In this document: positions 37,364 through 47,535 of the stretch, in pieces
How the letters are laid out: the number at the start of each line of letters is the position of its first letter
How positions within the stretch are numbered: position 1 is the stretch's first letter
Assembly (NCBI GenBank): GCA_038245295.1
Contig: JBBRSP010000032.1
Coordinates: 1 to 64,000 of the forward strand
Length of the DNA: 64,000 bases
Direction of reading: 5' to 3'
Source: Candidatus Binatia bacterium
GTDB lineage: Bacteria > Desulfobacterota > Binatia > HRBIN30
The notes under the pieces: generated by a model
What the model saw: only the letters and a program-made list of their open reading frames with translations
The model's database searches: none
What the model was told of the DNA's origin: nothing
Translations under genes and position numbers: made by a program

Positions 37364-37366
37364 GAT

Positions 37367-38251
37367 CTACTCGCGATCGAGGTAGCGCTTTACCAGACCA
37401 CCGTAAGCGTCGATTCGCCGATCACGCAGAAACGGCCAGTTGCGGCGCGTCTCTTCAATGAGGCGCCGATCACAATCGACAATCAGGATCTCCTCACGAT
37501 CGTGACTGGCCTGCGCCAGGATGCGACCGAACGGGTCGGCGATGAACGAACCGCCCCAGAATTCGAGAGTGCCTTCGTGGCCGACGCGATTAGCGACGGC
37601 GACAAAGATGCCGTTCGCCACGGCATGACTGCGCTGGATCGTTTGCCAGGCGTCGTGTTGAGCGGGACCGAACTCGTCTTTCTCGTGTTTGTGCCAGCCG
37701 ATCGCCGTCGGGTAGAAGAGCACCTCCGCACCACTCAAGGCGGTGAGCCGGGCGGCCTCGGGGAACCACTGATCCCAGCACACGAGTGTGCCGATGCGGG
37801 CGTTTCCCGCTTCAAAGCTGCGGAACCCCGTATCGCCGGGGGTGAAGTAGAACTTCTCAAAATAGAGCGGGTCGTCCGGGATGTGCATCTTGCGATACAG
37901 GCCCGTCAGAGTGCCGTCCGGACCCATCACGATCGCCGTGTTGTGATACACGCCGGCAGCCCGCTTCTCGAAGATGGAACCGACAACCGTAATGCGGTGC
38001 TTGGCGGCGACGCGTCCGAGCGCCTCGCTACTGGGTCCAGGAATGGTCTCGGCGAGGTCGAACAGCGCGGCATCTTCGCGCTGACAAAAGTACTGCGACG
38101 TGAACAGCTCTTGCGTGCAGACGACCTGGGCGCCCTTCGATACTGCCTCGTTGATGCGATCGACGGCCTTGGCCAGGTTTGCCGCCACGTCGGTGCCGCA
38201 ACTCATCTGCACCACGGCAACACGCAAGGAGGAGCTTGCTGGTGTGCTCAT
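37367..38251 (-). CDS. aguB: N-carbamoylputrescine amidase (nitrilase family)
   Basis: QELF, YRKMHIPDDP, EKFYFTPGD, VCWDQWFPE; adjacent to aguA. Alternative start at 38287. Confidence 0.9.
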   Translation of the reverse strand: MSTPASSSLRVAVVQMSCGTDVAANLAKAVDRINEAVSKGAQVVCTQELFTSQYFCQREDAALFDLAETIPGPSSEALGRVAAKHRITVVGSIFEKRAAGVYHNTAIVMGPDGTLTGLYRKMHIPDDPLYFEKFYFTPGDTGFRSFEAGNARIGTLVCWDQWFPEAARLTALSGAEVLFYPTAIGWHKHEKDEFGPAQHDAWQTIQRSHAVANGIFVAVANRVGHEGTLEFWGGSFIADPFGRILAQASHDREEILIVDCDRRLIEETRRNWPFLRDRRIDAYGGLVKRYLDRE

Positions 38252-38489
38252 GCGGCGCTCGATAAGCTGCGCCGGAGAGTGATGCAAGAGCGTGTCGCAA
38301 GTCCACGGCGGATTCGATGGCGCTAACGCGCTCGCAGCCCGCTCACCGCGATCTGCGATCGCTCGAAGAAGCGGTCAGCGCAAGCTTTTGCTTGCGCTGA
38401 GCCTTGTGGCGGGACCCAAACTGACTTCGTTGACTTAACTCCGGTTGCGTTCCACAACCACAGATCATCTCAAGAGGGCGAGGAGAGTT

Positions 38490-39587
38490 ATGAATTTTGA
38501 CTTCTCAGACGAGCAGAAGTTGCTGCGCCAGACCGCGCGAGAATTTCTGGACAAGAATGCACCGCTGACCTTGTGCCGAGCCGTGTTGGAGTCGGACGCT
38601 TCCTTCTCCGATACTCTGTGGAAGAGTGTCTCGGAGCTCGGCTGGCTTGCCACGTCGATTCCCGAAGAGTTCGGTGGCGCCGGCTTCGGGCGCCTCGAGA
38701 TGGCGGTCCTGGCCGAAGAGGCCGGTCGCGTTCTGGCGCCAATCCCGTTTTCGTCGACCGCCTACCTGGCGACCGAAGCGCTGCTGCTCGCCGGAACGGA
38801 AGAGCAGAAGAAGCGCTTCCTGCCGCGTATCGCCACCGGCGAATGGATCGGTGCCTTCGCGCACAATGAAGGTGCCGGCGAGCCCGGACCCAAGCAGATC
38901 GCCACGGCGCTGAAGGACAAACTCAAGGGCAGCAAGTCTCCCGTCGCCGACGGGGATATCGCCCACTTCGCGATCGTCACCGCCAAGAGCGGCAAGGAAG
39001 TGGGTCTCGCGATCGTCGAGCTGGGCGGCCGCGGGATCACCCGCAGCACTCTGCGCTCGATCGACCCGAGCCGGTCGCTTGCGACGCTGACCTTCAAGAA
39101 CGCCCCGGCCGAATGGCTAGGCGGCGCACCGTGCGGCTGGGATAAGATCCAGAACCTGCTCGATCGCAGCGCCGTCCTGATGGCCTTCGAACAACTTGGT
39201 GGGGCGACGCGCGCCTTCGAGCTGACGCGCGAATATGTCCTCGGCCGCTACGCCTTCGGGCGGCCCGTCGCCTCCTTCCAGGCGATCAAGCACCGCCTGG
39301 CCGACCTCTACGTCGCCATCGAGCTGGCGCGTTCGAATTGTTACTACGCCGCCTGGGCTCTGGAGAACGACGCACCGCAGCTCGGTGTCGCTGCGTGTGG
39401 CGCGCGTGTCAGCGCCAGCGACGCCTTCGAGCTCGCCAGCAAGGAAATGGTTCAGATGCACGGCGGTGTCGGCTTCACCTGGGAGTTCGACTGCCATCTC
39501 TTCTACCGCCGCGCCAAGTACCTCGGCAGTATTCTCGGGAGTCCCAACCTGTGGCGCGAACAGTTGGTGCAGCGCCTCGGCGCCTGA
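38490..39587 (+). CDS. Acyl-CoA dehydrogenase (short subunit of a probable heteromeric pair)
   Basis: MNFDFSDEQ, FGRPVASFQAIKH, QMHGGVGFTWE. Confidence 0.92.
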   Translation: MNFDFSDEQKLLRQTAREFLDKNAPLTLCRAVLESDASFSDTLWKSVSELGWLATSIPEEFGGAGFGRLEMAVLAEEAGRVLAPIPFSSTAYLATEALLLAGTEEQKKRFLPRIATGEWIGAFAHNEGAGEPGPKQIATALKDKLKGSKSPVADGDIAHFAIVTAKSGKEVGLAIVELGGRGITRSTLRSIDPSRSLATLTFKNAPAEWLGGAPCGWDKIQNLLDRSAVLMAFEQLGGATRAFELTREYVLGRYAFGRPVASFQAIKHRLADLYVAIELARSNCYYAAWALENDAPQLGVAACGARVSASDAFELASKEMVQMHGGVGFTWEFDCHLFYRRAKYLGSILGSPNLWREQLVQRLGA

Positions 39588-39604
39588 TCTGAAGGAGAGA
39601 AGAC

Positions 39605-40843
39605 ATGGACTTCAACGATACCCCCGAAGAAGCAGCATTCCGTGCCGAAGCGCGGGCGTGGCTCCAAGCCAACGCCGAACCCCTGACCGCCGGCGAAAGC
39701 CCGGGCGAGCTCGAACGCACCAATCCCGAGATCGTCAAACGCTCTCAAGCCTGGCAGGCCAAGAAGGCCGACAACGGTTGGGCCTGCATCACCTGGCCGA
39801 AGGAGTTCGGTGGTCGCGGCGCCACGTCGATTCAGTCGGTCATCTGGGGCCAGGAAGAGGGCAAGTTTCGTACGCCTCCCAACATCTTCGGCATCGGCCA
39901 GGGCATGCTTGGACCGACGATCATGGTGCACGGCACGCAAGAGCAGAAGGATCGCTACATCCGCCCGATGCTGCGCGGCGAAGAGATCTGGTGCCAGATG
40001 TTCAGCGAGCCGAGCGCCGGCTCCGATCTCGCCGGCTTGCGCACGACCGCCGTGCGTGACGGCGATGACTGGATCATCAACGGCCAGAAGATCTGGACCA
40101 CCGGCGCGCAGTACTGCAAGTGGGGCATGATCGTCACCCGCACCGACCCCAACGCAGAGAAGCACAAGGGCATTACCTACTTCATCCTCGATATGGAGTC
40201 GCCCGGCATCGAAATCCGTCCGATCAAACAGATCAACGGCATGTCGGGATTCAATGAAGTGTTCTTCACCGACGTGCGCGTTTCCGACAAGAACCGCGTC
40301 GGCGCCGTGAACGACGGCTGGCGCGGCGCCTTGACGACCTTGATGAACGAGCGCCACTCGATCGGCGCCGGTGGCGGCGGGCCGGACTTCAACGATCTGA
40401 TTCGCCTCACCAAGGAAGTCCAGTGGAACGGCAAACCGGCCTTCGAGGACGCGGGTGTGCGCCAACGCCTGGCCGACTTTTATGTTCGCTTGAAGGGTTT
40501 GCAGTACACCGGCTATCGCGGCCAGACGGCACTGTCGCGTGGTTCTACGCCGGGCCCGGAGAGCTCGATCGGCAAGCTGGTCGGTGCACCCCTGCGCCAG
40601 GATATCGCCGCATTCGCGATCAGCCTCCAGGGTGCGGCCGGCGCCATTCTCGATCGCGGCGACGGGGTCGAAGAGGGCGTCTGGCAGCAGATGTACCTGG
40701 GGACCCCCGGGCTGCGCTTGGCCGGTGGCACAGACGAAATCCTGCGCAACATCATCGCCGAACGTGTGCTTGGCCTGCCCCCGGAAATTCGCGCCGACAA
40801 GGGGATGCCGTTCAAAGACATCCCCACAGGCCCGAAGAGCTGA
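39605..40843 (+). CDS. Acyl-CoA dehydrogenase
   Basis: WCQMFSEPSAGSDLA, NGQKIWT, FNEVFF, AGGTDEILRN. Confidence 0.93.
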   Translation: MDFNDTPEEAAFRAEARAWLQANAEPLTAGESPGELERTNPEIVKRSQAWQAKKADNGWACITWPKEFGGRGATSIQSVIWGQEEGKFRTPPNIFGIGQGMLGPTIMVHGTQEQKDRYIRPMLRGEEIWCQMFSEPSAGSDLAGLRTTAVRDGDDWIINGQKIWTTGAQYCKWGMIVTRTDPNAEKHKGITYFILDMESPGIEIRPIKQINGMSGFNEVFFTDVRVSDKNRVGAVNDGWRGALTTLMNERHSIGAGGGGPDFNDLIRLTKEVQWNGKPAFEDAGVRQRLADFYVRLKGLQYTGYRGQTALSRGSTPGPESSIGKLVGAPLRQDIAAFAISLQGAAGAILDRGDGVEEGVWQQMYLGTPGLRLAGGTDEILRNIIAERVLGLPPEIRADKGMPFKDIPTGPKS

Positions 40844-40958
40844 ACCACCGTTCATCCACCACGCCCGACGCCCTCTACCCAATACGCCCGACCCCACCCA
40901 ATTGGTGGTAGGGCGTGGTGGGTAGGGCGCCGGGGGTGGATGGCGGCCTCATAGAAGT

Positions 40959-42155
40959 ATGGTTCATCGTCGCGCCTTCGCACTCCTCGTCGTTTGTCTC
41001 GTGTCGGTGGGCATGGGGCAGTCGATGTTATTTTCGATCTTGCCGCCGGCGGCGCGGCAGATCGGCATTTCACCGTTTCAAGTTTCAACGATTTTTTCGA
41101 CCTCGGCCTTTCTATGGGTGTTCGTTAGCCCATGGTGGGGACGGCGCAGCGATACCAGTGGGCGGCGCAAGATCATTCTCATCGGCTTGCTCGGCTACGC
41201 GCTTTCGATGGCGTCGCTCGGCGGGGTGATTCAGATCGGCTTGTGGGGTTGGCTGCCGGCGATCTTCATCTATCCGATGATGATCGCCTCGCGTTGTATC
41301 TTCGCGCTCATCGGGTCGGGGACTGGTCCGGCCGCCAACGCCTACATCGCCGATCGTACGACGCGCGCCGAGCGCACCGCCGGCGTGGCCCTGGTCAGTG
41401 CCGCGATGGGTATGGGCGAAACGATCGGCCCTGGCGTCGGCGCGGCGCTGGCCAATGTTGGTCTGCTGGCGCCTCTCTTCCTGTCCGCGGCTCTGGCTGT
41501 CGTCAGTGCGTTTACGATCTGGAAGTTCCTCCCGGAGGAGGGCACGCCACACGGCAAGACCGAGCAGCGACCGCCGATGATGAGTCCGCTCGATGGGCGC
41601 GTCCTGCCATTTCTGGCGGTGACGACATCCCTGCAGGCCGTGCGGGCGACAACCGTCATCACGTTCGCGTTCTTCCTGCAGGATAGTTTGAAACTCGATC
41701 AGACGGCAACCGTTCGATACTCGAGCCTCGGCTTCGTTGTGCTCGCTGTGTCCGGCTTGTTTTCGCAATTGGTCATCGTCCAACGCTTTCGACCGCGAGC
41801 CCAGACGATGATGCGAGTCGGTGTACTGCTGATGATCGGCGCCTTCGCCATGCTTGTGTTCGGCAACGATTATGCCGTGTTTGTCGGTGCCCTGTGCAGT
41901 CTTGGTCTTGGTCTCGGTCTCGTGCGACCCGGTTCGGCCGCCGCTGCCTCTCTGTCTGTCGAACCGAACGAGCAAGGTTCCGTGGCGGGGGTTCTGGGTG
42001 GCGTGTCGGTGATCGGCAACGTCTTCGGGCCACTGCTGGGGACGCGCCTCTATGAATACTCTCATGTCGCACCCTATCTCATGAACCTGATCATCATGAG
42101 TTTGTCCGCCGTGCTCATCTTTACCAGTCGGCGCGTGAGACGGGTCCACGTATGA
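40959..42155 (+). CDS. MFS transporter (TetA/DHA1-like)
   Basis: About 12 TM segments; WGRRSDTSGRRK motif A; AYIADRT. Confidence 0.9.
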   Translation: MVHRRAFALLVVCLVSVGMGQSMLFSILPPAARQIGISPFQVSTIFSTSAFLWVFVSPWWGRRSDTSGRRKIILIGLLGYALSMASLGGVIQIGLWGWLPAIFIYPMMIASRCIFALIGSGTGPAANAYIADRTTRAERTAGVALVSAAMGMGETIGPGVGAALANVGLLAPLFLSAALAVVSAFTIWKFLPEEGTPHGKTEQRPPMMSPLDGRVLPFLAVTTSLQAVRATTVITFAFFLQDSLKLDQTATVRYSSLGFVVLAVSGLFSQLVIVQRFRPRAQTMMRVGVLLMIGAFAMLVFGNDYAVFVGALCSLGLGLGLVRPGSAAAASLSVEPNEQGSVAGVLGGVSVIGNVFGPLLGTRLYEYSHVAPYLMNLIIMSLSAVLIFTSRRVRRVHV

Positions 42156-43138
42156 AGCGGTTCTTTACGCATGCGGAGTTCTTGCGCGACTACGGCGAAC
42201 GTTTCACGACCGTGTGTCGGCAGTACGACGCGTCGCTCGAACCCTTACTTCTGCCCGACGATGTCAACCTGCGCCTCGACGACGACACGTTGGCGAGTAT
42301 CGAGGTCGCTTGTTTCACCGGTACATTCGAGTCGGACGGCGTGTTCACCAAACGCTACCTCGGCAGCACGCTACGTGCGCCGAATCTGCGTTGGATGCAC
42401 TTGCCCAACGCGGGCGTCGACCATCCGGTGTTTGGGCAACTACTGGCCAAGGGCGTGCGTCTGACCAACTCATCGGGGGCCACCGCCGAGCCGATCGCCC
42501 AGACGGCGATTGCCGGCATGTTGGCCCTGGCGCGCGGCTTCCCGGATTGGTGGCGCGCCCAACAGCAGCACGAGTGGCGACCGCATTCGTATCGGCCGCG
42601 CGACCTGCGCGGCCAGACGATGGTGATCGTTGGCCTCGGCGCCATCGGCAACGAGATCGCGCGTTTGGCGCGCGCCTTTGGCCTCCGCGTGGTCGGTGTC
42701 CGGCGCAGTCCTCAACGCGCCGACGATCACGCCGATCAGGTTGTGCCCGTCAACCAACTCGATGGCGTGTTGCCGCAAGCCGACTGGCTCGTGCTAGCAT
42801 GTCCGCTCACCGACGAGACACGCGGTCTGATCAACGCCGCTGCGTTGGCGCACCTGCGTCCAAGCGCTCGTATCCTTAACGTGGCCCGCGGACCCGTGGT
42901 GGAGGAAAGCGCGATGGTCGAGGCGCTGCGCAGCGGGCGCCTGGCGGGTGCCTATCTCGATGTCTTCGAAGAAGAACCATTGGCGTCTGCATCGCCGTTG
43001 TGGGACCTGCCGAATGTCATCGTCACACCACACAACTCAGCGGCATCCGATGGAAACCGCGCCCGTGTGACGGAGATCTTCTTCCGCAACCTGGAGGATT
43101 GGCTGCGCGGTGAGCCGCTGGAGAACGAGGTGCGTTAA
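42152..43138 (+). CDS. D-2-hydroxyacid dehydrogenase
   Basis: GLGAIG, CPLTDETRGLI, NVARG, LDVFEEEPL, TPHN. Confidence 0.92.
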   Translation: MKRFFTHAEFLRDYGERFTTVCRQYDASLEPLLLPDDVNLRLDDDTLASIEVACFTGTFESDGVFTKRYLGSTLRAPNLRWMHLPNAGVDHPVFGQLLAKGVRLTNSSGATAEPIAQTAIAGMLALARGFPDWWRAQQQHEWRPHSYRPRDLRGQTMVIVGLGAIGNEIARLARAFGLRVVGVRRSPQRADDHADQVVPVNQLDGVLPQADWLVLACPLTDETRGLINAAALAHLRPSARILNVARGPVVEESAMVEALRSGRLAGAYLDVFEEEPLASASPLWDLPNVIVTPHNSAASDGNRARVTEIFFRNLEDWLRGEPLENEVR

Positions 43139-43322
43139 ACCTGCCCACGCAAAATTCAAGGCGCAGGGTCGTCATCCTGACCACGCTTCGAACCACTCGC
43201 CTTCGCCTCGCTCCGGCGCGCAAGCAGGATGTTGACCGATTACTCGGATAGGATCCGTGATGGTTGACTGGCTCCTGCTCCGCCGGGTGGAGTTCCTCCG
43301 CGGCGCCGGAAAGCGCAGCGAG

Positions 43323-44039
43323 TCACGGACGCGCGCAGGTTCCGAAGCCGGCGTAACATGAGCCATTGATGCAATGGCCGTCGCCGCAGACGACGTCGCT
43401 TTGGCAACTCGTGCGCGCGCACCTCCCCAACTCTTCGTCGTGGAGGAGCCCCTTGGACATGTAGTTCGACCCGCAGTCTTCGTCAGAAGAGCAGTACGCA
43501 GGCTGGCAGCGGTCGTCCGCCCCGCAGATTGATGCCTGCCCGCAATCGGCATCAGTCGCGCAGATCTGCCGACACACATGTGCCGGGGCACAAGGACAGA
43601 GTGACGGTGGTACCGGGTCGCAGACCGTGGAGCCGAAACGGAGCCCTCGTGATGTGCAGTCGAAAGTGGTGACACAATCACTGTCAAAGTGCTGGCACGA
43701 GGTGCACCCGGCGAATTCGCCGGGACTCACGCATGTCATCCCTAGCTCGCAGTCTCCCGTGAATTGGCAGGGGCAGCCCTGAAGCGAGTGAATCGTAGCG
43801 ATAGTCAATTCATCCACGGAGACGAACCCGTCATCGTTTAGATCTGCGGGCCTGCATTGGCGAAGCGCGCTACCATTTCTGCTGTCCAGGGCGATCGTGA
43901 CGCCGAGCACTATTTCGTCAACGCCAACTTCCCCATCCCTATTGCAATCACCACCACAGCGGAGCTGGCTCGCCGCGGGCGACGCGAAGAGCAGTGCTCC
44001 CAAGAGCAGGATCGAACACGTGGCATTCGGACCAATCAT
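43323..44039 (-). CDS. Secreted protein with dockerin-like domain and Cys-rich repeats
   Basis: GGGAGG RBS; signal peptide; CGGDCNRDGEVGVDEI and ADLNDDGFVSVDEL duplicated Ca-binding loops; CxxDxDC repeats. Confidence 0.7.
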   Translation of the reverse strand: MIGPNATCSILLLGALLFASPAASQLRCGGDCNRDGEVGVDEIVLGVTIALDSRNGSALRQCRPADLNDDGFVSVDELTIATIHSLQGCPCQFTGDCELGMTCVSPGEFAGCTSCQHFDSDCVTTFDCTSRGLRFGSTVCDPVPPSLCPCAPAHVCRQICATDADCGQASICGADDRCQPAYCSSDEDCGSNYMSKGLLHDEELGRCARTSCQSDVVCGDGHCINGSCYAGFGTCARP

Positions 44040-44127
44040 CAATTGCCTCCCAACCCGAACCGCGTCGTCTCGTCCCCCTCGCCAGTTGTCAACCACGTTT
44101 CTCACGGCTCGCGCACAACGCATCAAG

Positions 44128-44934
44128 TCATCGCCGACGTCTGGGAGACGCTTCGATCGCGCGTAATCGGGCGAGCGCCGCTTCCTTCTCGGCACGCTCC
44201 TGCTCGAGCAGGGCTCGTGCGGACGCTGCATCGGCGCGGGCGGCCTCTTTCTCTAGGCGCTCGTGCTCCGCTGCGGCGCGGGCATCTTCTTTTGATTGTC
44301 GTTCGTGCTCTTTCTCCAACCGCTCCGCCTCCTCGGCAGTTGCGAAAAACTCGCTACCGTTGGCACCGATACCAATGCGAAGACGCGTCTCGCCGTTGGC
44401 CCCCACTGCCACCAGCCAGCAACCAAGAACCTTGGAACGCACGCGATCGTCATTGGTCGATTCGATTCGTACCAGGCCGCGTTTCCCAACCGGGCGGAAC
44501 ACCTGCCAGCGTACTCGTTGCTTGTTCTGGCGATGATCCGGGTCGAAGACGAGTAGTTCCTTGATGCCGAGGTCGTCATAGCGATCGATGACCTCGATGT
44601 AGTCCTTCTCCCAGTCATGCGACACCACCTCGAGGGCAAACGACGGGACAACCTCGTCCACCCATGTCTTCCAACTCCGTACCCGGCGACGCGGGCTGAT
44701 GCCTGGGAGGACGTAGATATCGGGCGACACACGCGCGTGCGCGTCGTGCGGCCGGTAGTAGATGAACTGGTCGGCGCCAACGAGAGCGACGATGCGTCGG
44801 CTGCTGAGCCAGCGCTGCAAGAGGGGACGCAACATCTCCACGATCCAGCGTTGTAGGATGTCCTCGCCCAGGCGCTCCTCCTCAGGATAGATGGTCGGAT
44901 CGGGAACTCGTCGCCCGGCAGCACTGCCCTTCAT
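44128..44934 (-). CDS. Uma2 (DUF820) PD-(D/E)XK family protein with coiled-coil tail
   Basis: VSPDIYV, PSFALEVVS, YDDLGIKELLVFDP; charged EKE/ERA tail. Confidence 0.85.
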   Translation of the reverse strand: MKGSAAGRRVPDPTIYPEEERLGEDILQRWIVEMLRPLLQRWLSSRRIVALVGADQFIYYRPHDAHARVSPDIYVLPGISPRRRVRSWKTWVDEVVPSFALEVVSHDWEKDYIEVIDRYDDLGIKELLVFDPDHRQNKQRVRWQVFRPVGKRGLVRIESTNDDRVRSKVLGCWLVAVGANGETRLRIGIGANGSEFFATAEEAERLEKEHERQSKEDARAAAEHERLEKEAARADAASARALLEQERAEKEAALARLRAIEASPRRRR

Positions 44935-45096
44935 GACTCGACCCTATCGTCAACGAAACGAGCAGGCAACGACTGCAACACATCTCTGCGTTGCATCTAT
45001 GGCTTGCCCACCTGTGCCTCTGCGGTGAGAAATTCCTCCGTAGGCTCGGCGGAGGAGGCTTGAATTCCCGCGCCGATCATCCAATGAACTTGATCC

Positions 45097-45726
45097 ATGG
45101 AATTCCAATCGGTCATCGAGTCCACTCCGGCGTGCCGCTTCTACCGCTCTGATCCGGTTCCTGACGACGTGCTGCGTCGCATCCTCGATGCGGCGCGCTT
45201 TGCGCCGACCGGTGGCAATCGCCAACCCGTCCGCCTGATCGCCGTGCGCGATGCGGGTCTGCGGCAACAGCTTGCGGATCTGTATCTGCCGCTGTGGAAA
45301 CGTTTCATGGAACGTTACGCCAAAGCCGGCGTGACGCCGGCCACGTCGAAGGTCATCGCCAATTCCGACGCGATGGCCGAGAACCTGGCGCAGATACCTG
45401 TACTGATCGTCGTGTGTGCCGTCTTGGGAGATGTCTTGGCAACGGACCGCCAACTCGACCGCCTGAGCATCGTCGGCGGCGCATCTGTTTACCCGGCCGT
45501 TCAGAATCTCATGCTGAAGGCGCGTGACGAAGGACTCGGCACCGCCCTGACGACGTTGCTGTGTTACGTCGAGGCGGATGTGAAGAAGCTACTGGGAATT
45601 CCAGACGAGGTCTCGACCGCAGCGATGTTGCCGCTCGGCTATCCGTCGCAACCGTTCCCAAAGCGAGTCCACCGCCGGCCGCTGGCGGAGATCGCTTTCG
45701 TCGATCGCTTCGGTTCGGCTCTGTGA
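45097..45726 (+). CDS. Nitroreductase family protein
   Basis: DPVPDDVL, ARFAPTGGNRQP, AVQNLML, GLGT, PLGYP. Confidence 0.9.
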   Translation: MEFQSVIESTPACRFYRSDPVPDDVLRRILDAARFAPTGGNRQPVRLIAVRDAGLRQQLADLYLPLWKRFMERYAKAGVTPATSKVIANSDAMAENLAQIPVLIVVCAVLGDVLATDRQLDRLSIVGGASVYPAVQNLMLKARDEGLGTALTTLLCYVEADVKKLLGIPDEVSTAAMLPLGYPSQPFPKRVHRRPLAEIAFVDRFGSAL

Positions 45727-45738
45727 GCAGCGAAGTCT

Positions 45739-45818
45739 TCACCGCAGAGGCGCAGAGAACGCAGAGAGGATACGGGGAACATTCTTAGGGCTCTGCGCGC
45801 TCCGCGACTCTGCGGTGA
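45739..45818. repeat. Long imperfect inverted repeat (CGCAGAG family)
   Basis: TCACCGCAGAGGCGCAGAGAACGCAGAG ... CTCTGCGCGCTCCGCGACTCTGCGGTGA between convergent genes. Confidence 0.7.
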
Positions 45819-45833
45819 GAGTTCGCGTGAAGG

Positions 45834-46184
45834 TTAGAAGCCTTCCGGCGCCGCGCCCTTGTGGTCGCGGTGGTGACCCATCATCCCAGGGCCCATCGGC
45901 CGACCTGCATCGAGCTCCTCTTTCGAGAGGGCCCCGTCACCGTTGGTGTCGAGGTGCTTGAAGCGCGCCGCTTCCATTTGCTGGCGCACGAGCTCGTGAA
46001 ATTTGGTGAACTCCGCCGGGCTCAGTGTGCCACTCTTGTCGGCGTCGGCCTGCACGAAAGCAGCGTCTCGCGCCGCCGTCATCTCGGCGCGACGGTCCGT
46101 GCCGGCAATTGCGGTGCCGTTGAGCACCCACATCGCGCCAATGACGATGACGCCGGTGCAGAGAAATGCGCTTGTTCGGTTCAT
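45834..46184 (-). CDS. Secreted EF-hand protein
   Basis: Signal peptide; DADKSGTLSPAEF and DTNGDGALSKEEL. Confidence 0.85.
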   Translation of the reverse strand: MNRTSAFLCTGVIVIGAMWVLNGTAIAGTDRRAEMTAARDAAFVQADADKSGTLSPAEFTKFHELVRQQMEAARFKHLDTNGDGALSKEELDAGRPMGPGMMGHHRDHKGAAPEGF

Positions 46185-46401
46185 ATCCTTGTCCTCCTTC
46201 GGACGTCGATGGGTCATAGACCTATGCGACTCATACGACCTATATCCTGTATGTCTTCAACGGCCGAGACGGAAAAATCCGTCGCTGCTTGACCTGCATC
46301 TAGGCTGGCGCGCCGAGTGGCCGCCCTCTCAAGGTCCCTCTCTCGCTCACGCGAGAGAATTCCGGTATCGTCCGCCCACTTTTCGCTCGGGAGGATGCAC
46401 G

Positions 46402-47406
46402 GTGAAACTCGATACCGGTTTGCCAACAGGACTCAGTGAATGTGGCGCGGCGGCCAAGACGGCCGAGGAGATGGGCTTCGACGGCTTGTGGACCGCGGAG
46501 ACGGCTCACGACCCGTTCTTCCCGTTGGTCGTGGCAGCGCAGCAGACCTCACACGTGAAGCTGGGCACGTCGATCGCCGTCGCCTTTCCGCGTAGCCCGA
46601 TGGTGCTGGCGCAGATTGCCTGGGACCTGCAGGTCCATTCTCAGGGCCGTTTCATCCTCGGTCTGGGCACGCAGATCAAGGCGCACAACGAACGTCGCTT
46701 CGGCATCAAGTGGGAACATCCAGGGCCGAAGTTGCGCGAGATGATCCAGATGATCCATGCCATCTGGGATTGTTGGCAGACCAACGCGCGGCCGAACTTT
46801 CAGGGGCAGTTCTACAACTTCTCGTTGATGACCCCGTTCTTCAACCCGGGCCCGATCCCGTACAAACTGCCGGAGATCTACATCGCCGGAGTCAACGAAT
46901 ACATGTGCCGCCTGGCCGGCGAGCTCTGCGAAGGGTTCCACGTGCACCCGTTCCATTCGATCCAACACCTTGACGAAGTCGTGCTGCCGAATATCGCCAA
47001 GGGCACGGAGAAGGCTGGCCGCAAGCGCAGCGACCTGGCGTTGTCGAGCAGTGTCTTTGTGGTCACCGGTAAGAACCGGGACGAGGTCGAAGCAATGAAG
47101 GCACCGGTGAAACAGCAGATCGCCTTTTATGCGTCGACTCCCGCCTACGTCGGCGTCCTCGATGTACACGGTTGGGCCGACGTTGGTCCGCGTCTTACCG
47201 AGCGCTCGAAGAAGGGCGACTGGGCCGGCATGGCCGACGAGATCACCGACGAGATGCTCGAGCACTATGCCGTCGTCGCGACCTACGACGACCTCGTCGA
47301 TCGCATCAAGAAGAAATACACCGGCTATCTCGATCGCCTTGGGTTCTACTTCCCGATCAAGCGGGAAGGCCCGTGGCCGGAGATCGTCAAGGCGTTCAAG
47401 GGCTGA
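46402..47406 (+). CDS. LLM-class F420-dependent oxidoreductase
   Basis: GTG after GGAGG; AETAHDPF, AVAFPRSPM, GRFILGLGTQIKAH, FYASTPAY. Confidence 0.9.
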   Translation: MKLDTGLPTGLSECGAAAKTAEEMGFDGLWTAETAHDPFFPLVVAAQQTSHVKLGTSIAVAFPRSPMVLAQIAWDLQVHSQGRFILGLGTQIKAHNERRFGIKWEHPGPKLREMIQMIHAIWDCWQTNARPNFQGQFYNFSLMTPFFNPGPIPYKLPEIYIAGVNEYMCRLAGELCEGFHVHPFHSIQHLDEVVLPNIAKGTEKAGRKRSDLALSSSVFVVTGKNRDEVEAMKAPVKQQIAFYASTPAYVGVLDVHGWADVGPRLTERSKKGDWAGMADEITDEMLEHYAVVATYDDLVDRIKKKYTGYLDRLGFYFPIKREGPWPEIVKAFKG

Positions 47407-47412
47407 CCTTCC

Positions 47413-47488
47413 GTCGCAAGCTGAAGCTTGCGACGACCGAACTCGGCTTCTGCCGGGCATAATCGGTAGGCGCAGGCTTTAGCCTGCG
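47413..47488. repeat. REP pair
   Basis: GTCGCAAGCTGAAGCTTGCGAC and GTAGGCGCAGGCTTTAGCCTGCG. Confidence 0.75.
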
Positions 47489-47535
47489 ATCGGCCTGCCA
47501 CCAGACGTCCACCCTCCTGCATCGAAGGAGATCCA

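Noticed and set aside
40848..40940. Long imperfect hairpin between the ACAD and MFS genes as a riboswitch
   Set aside because: No recognisable aptamer or U-tract; more likely a degenerate REP-like element.
44128..44934. Uma2 protein as a restriction or defence system
   Set aside because: No methylase or partner gene adjacent; the family is commonly an expanded stand-alone.
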